A stretch of 64,000 nucleotides of DNA from a virus (taxonomy: Duplodnaviria > Caudoviricetes). The notes beneath the pieces were generated by a model that was not told the DNA's origin, did no database searches, and saw only the letters and a list, made by a program, of their open reading frames with translations. This document shows positions 44,375 through 52,071 of the stretch, in pieces; position 1 is the first letter of the stretch, and every line of letters begins with the position of its first letter. The stretch covers positions 1 through 64,000 of the IMG/VR virus record IMGVR_UViG_3300005281_000001; one strand, given 5' to 3'. The translations under genes and the position numbers were made by a program.

Positions 44375-44560
44375 TGTTCTTAATTGAGAATTCAGTACCA
44401 ACTCATACGGAATTCGAGGATGCACGCCCTCAGAAGCCTACTCGCTAAAATTTTTGTACCGCGCTATCAGAACGCGAACCAAAAATTTTAGCGAGTAAAA
44501 ACGAAAGGGTAGACATAGTCGAATTACGTACCAACTCGTACTGAATTCGCAATAGAGAAC
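44375..44560. repeat. Symmetric non-coding element: 18-bp perfect inverted repeat flanked by two 28-bp 11-6-11 sites
   Basis: IR 44439-44456/44480-44497; sites 44388-44415 and 44521-44548; common centre 44468. Confidence 0.85.
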
Positions 44561-44574
44561 AGGAAAACAGGCCG

Positions 44575-44603
44575 AACTTGTCAAAAGTTGTTCAAAGTTG
44601 TAC
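44575..44603 (+). promoter_or_regulatory. 10-bp-period AAAGTTGT direct repeats (copy set 1)
   Basis: GAACTTGTCAAAAGTTGTTCAAAGTTGTA. Confidence 0.6.
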
Positions 44604-44667
44604 AATGGAAACGAACATAATTTACACTTCCGAAGCGGAAATTTATGAAAATAAGGAGCTGGTAAGA

Positions 44668-46092
44668 ATGAACGCGACGATGAACCATGACATGATGCAG
44701 GGGAAATGGACGGTAGATGATCTGGTAAAGGTGCTGGATATCCCGGAAGGCGGGGAATCTGCCGTCCGCGCCTACGTCGAGAAGGAACTGGCCCGGGCGG
44801 AGAAACACCCCCGCGGGTCGGTTGACTGGAAGCAGGGCTTTATCAGCCGCCTCCAGAAGGCTATCGATGATGGCGATATCGAATTTAAGGGTGCCGATGA
44901 TGAAGAATTCATCCCTGCTACACAAGAGGTTGCGAAGCAGGCGCTGAAGCGCCTGTTGACGGAGAAGAGCGCGGTCATTGCGGAACTGTATGAGAAGCAT
45001 GCAGAATATAACAAGAAGTACTTCGCCGGCCAGCTCTCCGTGCCGGTCATAACGATCGAGAAGATGTCGAACCGTACGCTCGGCAACTACCAGCCGGAGG
45101 ACGCAAGCGGTCTGAAGAACCACATCCGGTTCAATGAGAATTTCATTGCGCTTCAGCTCGAGGACGATAACATGGAACGTATTCTGGAGACGCTTAAGCA
45201 CGAAATGATCCACCAATGGCAGGACGAAGTGCTGTACGCGCCGCGCGGTGAAGAGCCGACACGGATGGTGACCATCCTCCAGCGGGACGACGACGGCAAC
45301 ATTGGTTATGTTGAAGTGCTTCAGAAGCGCCGGCCGAAGGAGTGGCACAATAAGGACTTCCGGGACATGGCCGCCTGCGTCGGAATCCCGGCGAAAGGCG
45401 CGAAGTGCTACGGTAACCCGGCCCGCATGCCGGAGGCCAAGAGTTACAACCGGAAATTTACGTGCGGCTGCGTGGCGTCGAATGGGTATCCGGTCACGAT
45501 CTGGAGCACGCGTCCGATTAACGCGACCTGCAACATCTGCAAGAACCGGTTTATCGAAGTTCCGAAGGCCATGACCCGCGGCAAGGTCATCGAAATCAAG
45601 ATGTCGCACGTGGAGCGTAAGGGACAGGACGCCGTCAAGGATATGATGCTGAAGCAATACGAGCAGTTCGAGTGCTTCGCGTCGCGGGAAGAAAAGGATA
45701 TGTTCGTCGCAGCGCTCGAGGGGCCGTTTGAAACGGGCGTTTATCAGAAGTTCCACAACGCGTATGCACAAGGCTACCGGTACTGGGTAGCGTTCAGCGG
45801 CAGCCACCCGGGCGCCGTCCAGAAGGGAGCGGAGGATGAGACCTCGGTGAATGCGGCGTCTGAAGCTACACAGGAGCTCGAGCAGGCAGAGAGCGAAACG
45901 TCGGCGGCCGCGGAGCCGGTTGCGGTTCGTGAGTACTCCGCGGACAATCCGCAGGACATCATCGACCTGTACCGGGAGGAAGGATCGACCCGGAAGGTTG
46001 CCGCGCGTCTGGGAATGGCGCAGTCGACGCTCATGGGCCGGATCAAGAAGTATCAGATCGACTTCAGGACCGGCACGTATGTCATGCCGTGA
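44668..46092 (+). CDS. SprT-like zinc metalloprotease with Zn ribbon and C-terminal HTH
   Basis: SD AAGGAG. YNKKYF, ETLKHEMIHQW, HNKDF, CGC..CNIC; STRKVAARLGMAQSTL HTH. Confidence 0.8.
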   Translation: MNATMNHDMMQGKWTVDDLVKVLDIPEGGESAVRAYVEKELARAEKHPRGSVDWKQGFISRLQKAIDDGDIEFKGADDEEFIPATQEVAKQALKRLLTEKSAVIAELYEKHAEYNKKYFAGQLSVPVITIEKMSNRTLGNYQPEDASGLKNHIRFNENFIALQLEDDNMERILETLKHEMIHQWQDEVLYAPRGEEPTRMVTILQRDDDGNIGYVEVLQKRRPKEWHNKDFRDMAACVGIPAKGAKCYGNPARMPEAKSYNRKFTCGCVASNGYPVTIWSTRPINATCNICKNRFIEVPKAMTRGKVIEIKMSHVERKGQDAVKDMMLKQYEQFECFASREEKDMFVAALEGPFETGVYQKFHNAYAQGYRYWVAFSGSHPGAVQKGAEDETSVNAASEATQELEQAESETSAAAEPVAVREYSADNPQDIIDLYREEGSTRKVAARLGMAQSTLMGRIKKYQIDFRTGTYVMP

Positions 46093-46121
46093 TTGTAGGA
46101 TTCTGGGGAGGGTGATATCCT

Positions 46122-46445
46122 ATGGAATGGTTGAAAAATGCACTCAGCACTGTCGAGCACGCCAACTTTCGGAAAGTGCGCGCTCGTATGATGCAGGAAG
46201 CTTACCTGAAGGGCGAGTCGACGCGGCGCAATGTCCGCGTCGCCTACGCCGACATGACATTCAAGTTCTACTACCGCGGCAGTCTTATCATGGAGTGGGA
46301 TATGGTGACGGATGAGACGCGCAACGTGTCCGTGGGCGCATACGAGACGGCCGCCAGCACCATCTACCAACGCACGCAGGCTCGCAATGCGATCCACGAA
46401 TTTCGGGAGGTCCTGCACGGCTTCAGGGAGGCTCTTAACCTATGA
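46122..46445 (+). CDS. Hypothetical protein
   Basis: SD GGGAGGGTG; clean ORF. Confidence 0.65.
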   Translation: MEWLKNALSTVEHANFRKVRARMMQEAYLKGESTRRNVRVAYADMTFKFYYRGSLIMEWDMVTDETRNVSVGAYETAASTIYQRTQARNAIHEFREVLHGFREALNL

Positions 46446-46744
46446 GGCTCGCAATTCTCGGACTGCTCGCCGCCTTTTTCGGGTTCGAGTTTTTCCGGGG
46501 CATATCCATGATGTTCGCACGAAATAGCCAGCGATCCCGTATCGAGCCGCCGCGCGTGATGCATGGAACGCAGCAGGGTATGCCGCCAATACACATAACA
46601 CAGGTCACAATCGTGGGAGGGGACAAAGATGACCGTACTGAAAAGACCGAGTATTGCGCCACCACCGTCTATGGTGGCGACTCCACCGCCGACTATCAGC
46701 CGCCCGTCCGACTCGATCGCTTCGACCGTTTCGGCCGCCGTTAA
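46442..46744 (+). CDS. Possible small membrane protein
   Basis: SD GGGAGG, ATGA overlap, hydrophobic N-terminus; long overlap with the next ORF lowers confidence. Confidence 0.4.
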   Translation: MRLAILGLLAAFFGFEFFRGISMMFARNSQRSRIEPPRVMHGTQQGMPPIHITQVTIVGGDKDDRTEKTEYCATTVYGGDSTADYQPPVRLDRFDRFGRR

Positions 46745-47243
46745 GGCAGCACCGCGCCCGCCGGCGGCGGTTAAGCCTCCGGCCCCGTCTGTGCAGCAGG
46801 CGCCCGCACCGGAGCCTCCGAAGATCGAGGATGTGCCGCCGCTGGCAGATCGAGAAGTTCCGAAGTCGGAGGAATACCGCCAGCCGCCGGCAGTCGACGA
46901 ACCGCCGCGGGCTGATGGGCAGATTACCATGCTCAAACTGCGCGCGCTTCCGCTGGAAGAACGCCACGCTTTGTGGCGGCGCCTGAACAAACAGGTCGGC
47001 GACGACACGTTGTTCATCACGGTCCTCATGCCGGAGGAACTTCCGAAGCAGATGCAGCGCGAGCATCCGCCGCAGGGCAAGCGCCCGGTCGGGAAGAACG
47101 TGTACTGGTGCTGCTACTGCGCTGATTGGTCGGTATTCGAGCATTTCTCCTATCTGGGGAGCCATAAGTGCATCGGCTGCGGCATTTCGACGAAGGATTA
47201 CTACGTCCGCGGCGCGAACGGCTTGTGGAAGAAAGAGGTATGA
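46629..47243 (+). CDS. Pro-rich protein with C-terminal Zn finger
   Basis: SD GGGAGG; WCCYC...CIGCGIS. Confidence 0.7.
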   Translation: MTVLKRPSIAPPPSMVATPPPTISRPSDSIASTVSAAVKAAPRPPAAVKPPAPSVQQAPAPEPPKIEDVPPLADREVPKSEEYRQPPAVDEPPRADGQITMLKLRALPLEERHALWRRLNKQVGDDTLFITVLMPEELPKQMQREHPPQGKRPVGKNVYWCCYCADWSVFEHFSYLGSHKCIGCGISTKDYYVRGANGLWKKEV

Positions 47244-47248
47244 TTACC

Positions 47249-47509
47249 ATGCGAGATCGGATCACGGAAGCATTCAACGACTTCATGCAGCGCCTGTTTG
47301 GCGAGGTTCCGGCCGATCCGAGACGGCTTTCGGTCGACCGCACCAGATACACGGAGACGATGCTTGAGGTTCAGAAGGAGTATGGGCTTCAGCAGGGTGA
47401 CCCGGATTTTCTGGAGTGGGTACTGACGCTTGTCGGCAGATCACCGGTCATTACTGAAGGGAGAGAGGACTATGCAAGATCAGAGCAAGCAGAACATGGG
47501 ACAGCCTAA
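47249..47509 (+). CDS. Hypothetical protein
   Basis: SD AAGAGG; coupled to the upstream stop. Confidence 0.55.
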   Translation: MRDRITEAFNDFMQRLFGEVPADPRRLSVDRTRYTETMLEVQKEYGLQQGDPDFLEWVLTLVGRSPVITEGREDYARSEQAEHGTA

Positions 47510-47840
47510 ACCGGGGATGGTGACGACCAAACAGGGCGCAGAGAACAGCAAACCGTGGGTGCGGCTGCACATGGCCCGGCAGACGGATTCTTGCCGAATG
47601 CCGGATGTCATCATAGGCAAGCTTCAGAAGGAGACGCCGACAGAGTTCGTGCTGACGAATGTGCTGGAGATTACACCTGAAGGCGTGAGCGAGCGCAATT
47701 TTTACGACGTGATTAACCGGACCTACGTCTACCGCTGCGAGGTCATCGGATTTAGGCCGGATGACGAAGAAATACTGGCGTCGCAGTACGGAGAGGTTAT
47801 GGGACCGTCGCTCGGCGGCGGGTTCGGAGGTCTCGGATAA
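47472..47840 (+). CDS. Hypothetical protein (possible Sm/SH3-like barrel)
   Basis: SD GAGAGGA before ATG 47472. Confidence 0.6.
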   Translation: MQDQSKQNMGQPKPGMVTTKQGAENSKPWVRLHMARQTDSCRMPDVIIGKLQKETPTEFVLTNVLEITPEGVSERNFYDVINRTYVYRCEVIGFRPDDEEILASQYGEVMGPSLGGGFGGLG

Positions 47841-47852
47841 CTTCGAAACATG

Positions 47853-47885
47853 GCCGAGGGTTCAGGCCCTCGGCTTTTATTTTTG
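47853..47885 (+). terminator. Intrinsic terminator
   Basis: GCCGAGGG...CCCTCGGC then TTTTATTTTT. Confidence 0.85.
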
Positions 47886-47961
47886 TCTAAAGACGTTCAC
47901 GTTTGTTGTTTTTTGTCCGATATGGTACAATATCCATGCAAGGAGTAAGGGGGATGATGAC

Positions 47962-49974
47962 GTGTCGGCAGTGATGTTGAAGCTTATGGATAACCCACGG
48001 TTCGTCTATTTTGCCGGCAATACTTATCCATACAAGGACATCATCAAAGTCATCCCGGGCGCACGATGGAATAAAACCGCGAAGGTATGGTATATTCCGA
48101 TCGAGTCCGTGCAGGACGCGTTGCGCATCTTCCCCTCGCTGCACGTGGACAGCAGCGTAAAGAATGCGCACGCCAGCACCAGCTCGAGGCTTCAGGCGGC
48201 GCTGGAGCTTAAGGGTAAGGACTTCCGAAGCGTCGCTCCGAAGCCGGTTCCCGGCCTTAATGCAACGCTTCGGAATTACCAACAGCTCAGCTTCGACTTC
48301 CTGCACCTGCTCGGCCCGGGCGAGGGCGCCGTGTTGGGCCTCGATATGGGCCTCGGGAAGTCGGTTACGATGCTGGCATATTTTCTGTCCCTGATGCATA
48401 AAGGTATCATCGATTACGCCCTCGTTGTATGTCCGTCTCCGCTTAAGTACGCGACATGGGCAAAGGAGATTCAGAAGTTTACAAACATCCCATTTACCGT
48501 CATCGACGGAGACGCCAGCGCGATCGTCGAATGGGATAACGGTAAACGTGAGCGTTTGGAAGGTCGGGCGCTGCGGGAGGTCCAGTACCAGCAGTGGATG
48601 TTCGGAAGTCGTGTCCTCATCATGAACTATGAGCTGTTCCTGCATGATTCCGAGCACGACACCTATGTGTTCGAGCAGCCGCTTCTGGAAGTGAACCAGA
48701 AGATTTACCAAAACCTTATCGAGCACTTCAATGTTTTGGAGGGTCGGAAGCCGGACCATAAGACGGGCATCAAGAAAGCGCAGAGTGAACTGCTTCCGAA
48801 GATCGTCAATAACCCTAAAGAATATACGATTCGGAAGCATAAGGGCGTGTACTCCCTGTTCCGAAGGGTTCGAGTTCCGTCGATTCTGCCGCCGATAACG
48901 GATCGCTGGGCGGTCTTTCTGGATGAGGCGCACCGCATCAAAAATCCGAAGTCCGACACGACGAAGAAGCTGCTGGCGCACTTGAAGCCGGCAGGTCGGA
49001 AAGTGCTCGGAACCGGCACACCGCTGGAGAACAACATCGTCGAGCTCTATTCGCTGGTCGACTTCAGCCGGCCGGGCATCCTCGGGACGTACTACGATTT
49101 CCTGTCCCGTTATGTCGAATGCGACGACTACGGCACGCCGATTGCGCCGAAGCCGCAGATGCTTCAGGAACTGCGGGATAAGATATCACCGATTATGATC
49201 CGCTTCACCAAACAGGAAGTGTTGCCGGAGCTTCCGCCGCTCGAGCGCGTCGACTACTCCGTCAGCATGACGGATGTGCAGAAGAAGCTGTACGACCAGA
49301 TCAAAGAAGGCATTCTGGTCAACGTCAAAGATGGGTCATTTACCTACATGGACGTGATTGTTCAGCTTACTCGGCTCCAGCAAGTGCTTGACTCGCCGGC
49401 CCTTCTTCGGAAGGTTATGGAGGACGATACGCTGCCGGAAGACAGCGGAAAGCTGCGGGAGTTGGTCGGTATCATCTCGGACATCGATCCGAAGCGTAAC
49501 CAATTCCTGATTTTCAGTCAGTACGCCGAAATGACCGACATCCTTTACCGGTTCCTGACGACGCCGCAGAGTGGTAAGCAGATACTTAAACCTTCCGAAG
49601 TAGGTTACGTTCGCGGCGGGATGACGGCGCGGCAGATCGAGAATGTCCGCGAGGCGTTTCAGGCCGGACGTATGCGCTGCGTCATCATGACGACGGCCGG
49701 CAATTACGGGCTCGACCTGTATAAGGCCAGCTATGCGATCTGTTACGACCAGCTATTCAATCCGCAGAAGATGGAGCAGTTCCTGTCCCGCGGACACCGC
49801 AGCGGGAACACGACCGGCCTGACGGCGATTACGCTGACGACCAAAGACAGCTACGAGGAAAAGAAGCAGGCGCTGCTGGAGCGCAAGCGCGAGCTGTTTA
49901 AGGCCATGGTCGACGAGGATGAGGCTGCATTTATGCGGCTGATTACGCCGGATGATCTCATGGAGCTCTTGTGA
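47962..49974 (+). CDS. SNF2-family helicase with HARP-like N-terminus
   Basis: LDMGLGKS, DEAHRIKN, GTGTPLEN, SGKL, IFSQY, YDQLFNP, SRGHR; preceded by TGgTACAAT and SD. Confidence 0.9.
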   Translation: MSAVMLKLMDNPRFVYFAGNTYPYKDIIKVIPGARWNKTAKVWYIPIESVQDALRIFPSLHVDSSVKNAHASTSSRLQAALELKGKDFRSVAPKPVPGLNATLRNYQQLSFDFLHLLGPGEGAVLGLDMGLGKSVTMLAYFLSLMHKGIIDYALVVCPSPLKYATWAKEIQKFTNIPFTVIDGDASAIVEWDNGKRERLEGRALREVQYQQWMFGSRVLIMNYELFLHDSEHDTYVFEQPLLEVNQKIYQNLIEHFNVLEGRKPDHKTGIKKAQSELLPKIVNNPKEYTIRKHKGVYSLFRRVRVPSILPPITDRWAVFLDEAHRIKNPKSDTTKKLLAHLKPAGRKVLGTGTPLENNIVELYSLVDFSRPGILGTYYDFLSRYVECDDYGTPIAPKPQMLQELRDKISPIMIRFTKQEVLPELPPLERVDYSVSMTDVQKKLYDQIKEGILVNVKDGSFTYMDVIVQLTRLQQVLDSPALLRKVMEDDTLPEDSGKLRELVGIISDIDPKRNQFLIFSQYAEMTDILYRFLTTPQSGKQILKPSEVGYVRGGMTARQIENVREAFQAGRMRCVIMTTAGNYGLDLYKASYAICYDQLFNPQKMEQFLSRGHRSGNTTGLTAITLTTKDSYEEKKQALLERKRELFKAMVDEDEAAFMRLITPDDLMELL

Positions 49975-50000
49975 GTTGGAACTTTACAGGGAGGGTTACC

Positions 50001-50366
50001 ATGCGACAACCACCGCCGAAGGCCGGCGGGTACCGCCCGCCGCCGGGGTTTACGCCGCGGCAGAAGGCGGAAGACCCGCAGGACGAATCACAAGGAGAGG
50101 CCATACACGCAGAATACCGGGCGCCGGAGACGGACGGACGGAAGGCCGTCGTCGAGCTCAGCATCCGGGTGTTTGTGGAAGTTCCGCACACCGGAGACTA
50201 CTGGGATATGGTTGACCGGGCTAAAGATGACGTGCGGCGGCGTGTGGTCGAGGCACCTACGTTCTGGCCGGCCAGCATGGAAAGCGAGCGCGTGCACCCG
50301 GGAATGACTGTCCCAGAGCTGAAGGACCGGACGATGTTCCGGCCGCAGGCGCGGTGGGATCGCTAA
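50001..50366 (+). CDS. Hypothetical protein
   Basis: SD GGGAGGG before ATG 50001. Confidence 0.6.
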   Translation: MRQPPPKAGGYRPPPGFTPRQKAEDPQDESQGEAIHAEYRAPETDGRKAVVELSIRVFVEVPHTGDYWDMVDRAKDDVRRRVVEAPTFWPASMESERVHPGMTVPELKDRTMFRPQARWDR

Positions 50367-50373
50367 CTCGTCG

Positions 50374-50419
50374 TAATTTGTTCAAAGTTGTTGACAGATG
50401 TTCATTTTTGGTTTATCAT
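50374..50419 (+). promoter_or_regulatory. Sigma-A promoter preceded by AAAGTTGT repeats (copy set 2)
   Basis: AATTTGTTCAAAGTTG then TTGACA-17 bp-TATCAT. Confidence 0.75.
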
Positions 50420-50463
50420 GGGTGTCAAGCATGGCAGATAACCGAGAAAGGAGCGGAGCACCC

Positions 50464-50724
50464 GTGAGTACAACCGAGATCATGACACCAGCGCCGGGAA
50501 CGCCGTCTGCTACCGTATCGGAAGAAGAACGCTTCACCATGCAACAGGCCATGGACTATCTCGTCAAAAAGGGGATACCCTGTAGGAGCCGCGGGACCTT
50601 TTACCGCATACTCAGGGATTTTGACGTAAAGTACGTTAATTCGAATCCGAACGGAAAGCACAAGACACGAAGGTTTTCTCAGGCAGAGCTGGACCGCGTC
50701 GTAGCGACGTACTTCAGCGAATAG
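50464..50724 (+). CDS. Excisionase/MerR-like HTH DNA-binding protein
   Basis: FTMQQAMDYL...SRGTFYR...RRFSQAELD; SD AAAGGAG before GTG. Confidence 0.75.
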   Translation: MSTTEIMTPAPGTPSATVSEEERFTMQQAMDYLVKKGIPCRSRGTFYRILRDFDVKYVNSNPNGKHKTRRFSQAELDRVVATYFSE

Positions 50725-50930
50725 GCTGAGCCGGAAGGTTCAGCCCGGCTTTAGGCACCCAAACATCCGCATGGAGTCCACCATCTCCTTCCTTACCGTG
50801 TGAGCCGTTATCTGAAGTGCATTGGCCGCTTAAGCCGAGGCCGATCATCGTTTGGGTGCCTTAAGGCGGACTGAACCGCCGCTGTTGATCGGATGGTACA
50901 TAGTGCAAGGCAGCCTGTCCGAAACACAGC
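50724..50930 (+). ncRNA. Candidate structured RNA or leader between the HTH gene and the 50965 gene
   Basis: Hairpin 50724-50745, 12-bp long-range stem 50753-50764/50850-50861, hairpin 50865-50880, stem 50881-50930. Confidence 0.5.
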
Positions 50931-50964
50931 AAAATCATCCTGTCTTCCGAAGGAGGAAGCCCAA

Positions 50965-51822
50965 ATGGCCCTGAGAGCAGTACGTACTGGAGGCACCGCA
51001 CCGACCATGCAGGGGGTACCTGCAACTGCAGCACCGCAATTTGCTGCACAACAAGCAGCGGCATCTTCCGAAGTTGCCGCGCCTGTACAACAGGTCGCAA
51101 CTCCATCTTCCGAAGTTGCAGCACCTGTACAACAAGCCGCAGCTCCATCTTCCGAAGCTGCGACGCAAGCCGCAGCACCGGCCGCACAGGCCGCACCCGC
51201 TCAGCAAGCTGCACCCGCACCGCAAGCCGCAGCACCGGCCGCACAGGCCGCACCCGCACCGCAAGCCGCAGCACCGGTTGTTCCGGCCGCATCGGGAGTT
51301 CCGGTCGTATCTGGAGGCGCATCGGTTGCGGCATTGAACGAAGGCATTCTGGACAACGTTGAAGGGATCGGTCAGGTCGGCAACTATGTCACGGTTGACG
51401 GCTCGCAATTCCTTTACAAGTCCTCCAACCGCCGCGCGGACTATCTAGACATCTGCGTGCACTACGGCAAGCGGTTCTACCAATGGGTAGACGAGTCCAA
51501 TCCGAGCGCGAAGGTCTACCATAACTCGGATGAGAAGATCGACGATCGCTACAAACTTAAGTTCGAAATTCGGTGGTACGAGCAAGGCGAGGACGGAGAG
51601 CCGGTCGAGTACACCATGTCGCTGTCGACGACGAGCTCGATCCAGTTCATCAACTACGTGAAGAATCTGGCGAAAGCCGGCCTCGGCGTAGGTCAAGTGT
51701 GGACGCGCATGACGATCAGCCGCCACAATCGGCCGAATTCGTCGGAGCGCTACAGCCGGGTGGACTTCGAAGCGTTCTCGCTGGAGACGGGCGAACCGCT
51801 CGGAATCAAGTCTGCGAACTAG
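50965..51822 (+). CDS. Replication-module protein with A/P/Q-rich N-terminus and aromatic beta domain (possible ssDNA-binding)
   Basis: SD AGGAGG; lies upstream of the primase-helicase. Function is inferred from position only. Confidence 0.6.
   Translation: MALRAVRTGGTAPTMQGVPATAAPQFAAQQAAASSEVAAPVQQVATPSSEVAAPVQQAAAPSSEAATQAAAPAAQAAPAQQAAPAPQAAAPAAQAAPAPQAAAPVVPAASGVPVVSGGASVAALNEGILDNVEGIGQVGNYVTVDGSQFLYKSSNRRADYLDICVHYGKRFYQWVDESNPSAKVYHNSDEKIDDRYKLKFEIRWYEQGEDGEPVEYTMSLSTTSSIQFINYVKNLAKAGLGVGQVWTRMTISRHNRPNSSERYSRVDFEAFSLETGEPLGIKSAN
51053..51275 (+). repeat. Three 42-bp tandem repeats each carrying CTTCCGAAG, followed by QAAAPAAQAAPA repeats
   Basis: Motif copies at 51065, 51107 and 51149 (42-bp period). 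Confidence 0.85.
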
Positions 51823-51851
51823 TTGCGTGATTGTATTCGATCTTCCGAAGG

Positions 51852-51890
51852 TAATAGAACCCCTGCATCACCTTCGCAGGGGTTCTATTA
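51852..51890 (+). terminator. 15-bp hairpin (probable terminator)
   Basis: TAATAGAACCCCTGC...GCAGGGGTTCTATTA. Confidence 0.7.
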
Positions 51891-52071
51891 TCGGCAAAAA
51901 TCGAAAGTGGCCTGCATAATACGGTTTGAGACAGCCTGCCACAACGGCGCGTGAGCAGAACGTATCGCAAATGCGACCGCCTATGCTTAGGAAGATGAGC
52001 TTCCCTCGCTGCCGGCAGGCGTATCCCGGACCGATTGGCAAGGACTACAGCATGGGGAGGAACTTAATAAC

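Noticed and set aside
44388-44548. Host dif site, protelomerase site or IS/MITE ends
   Set aside because: Not the XerC/D consensus, not a continuous perfect palindrome, and no transposase or target duplication is visible. Kept only as an unexplained symmetric element.
48640-48900. Intein in the SNF2 helicase (also considered for PolA and MCM)
   Set aside because: The insertion is short and lacks C/S...HN splice motifs and LAGLIDADG blocks.
50724-52070. tRNA genes in the structured intergenic gaps
   Set aside because: No cloverleaf with a T-loop GTTCRA and acceptor stem could be found by eye.
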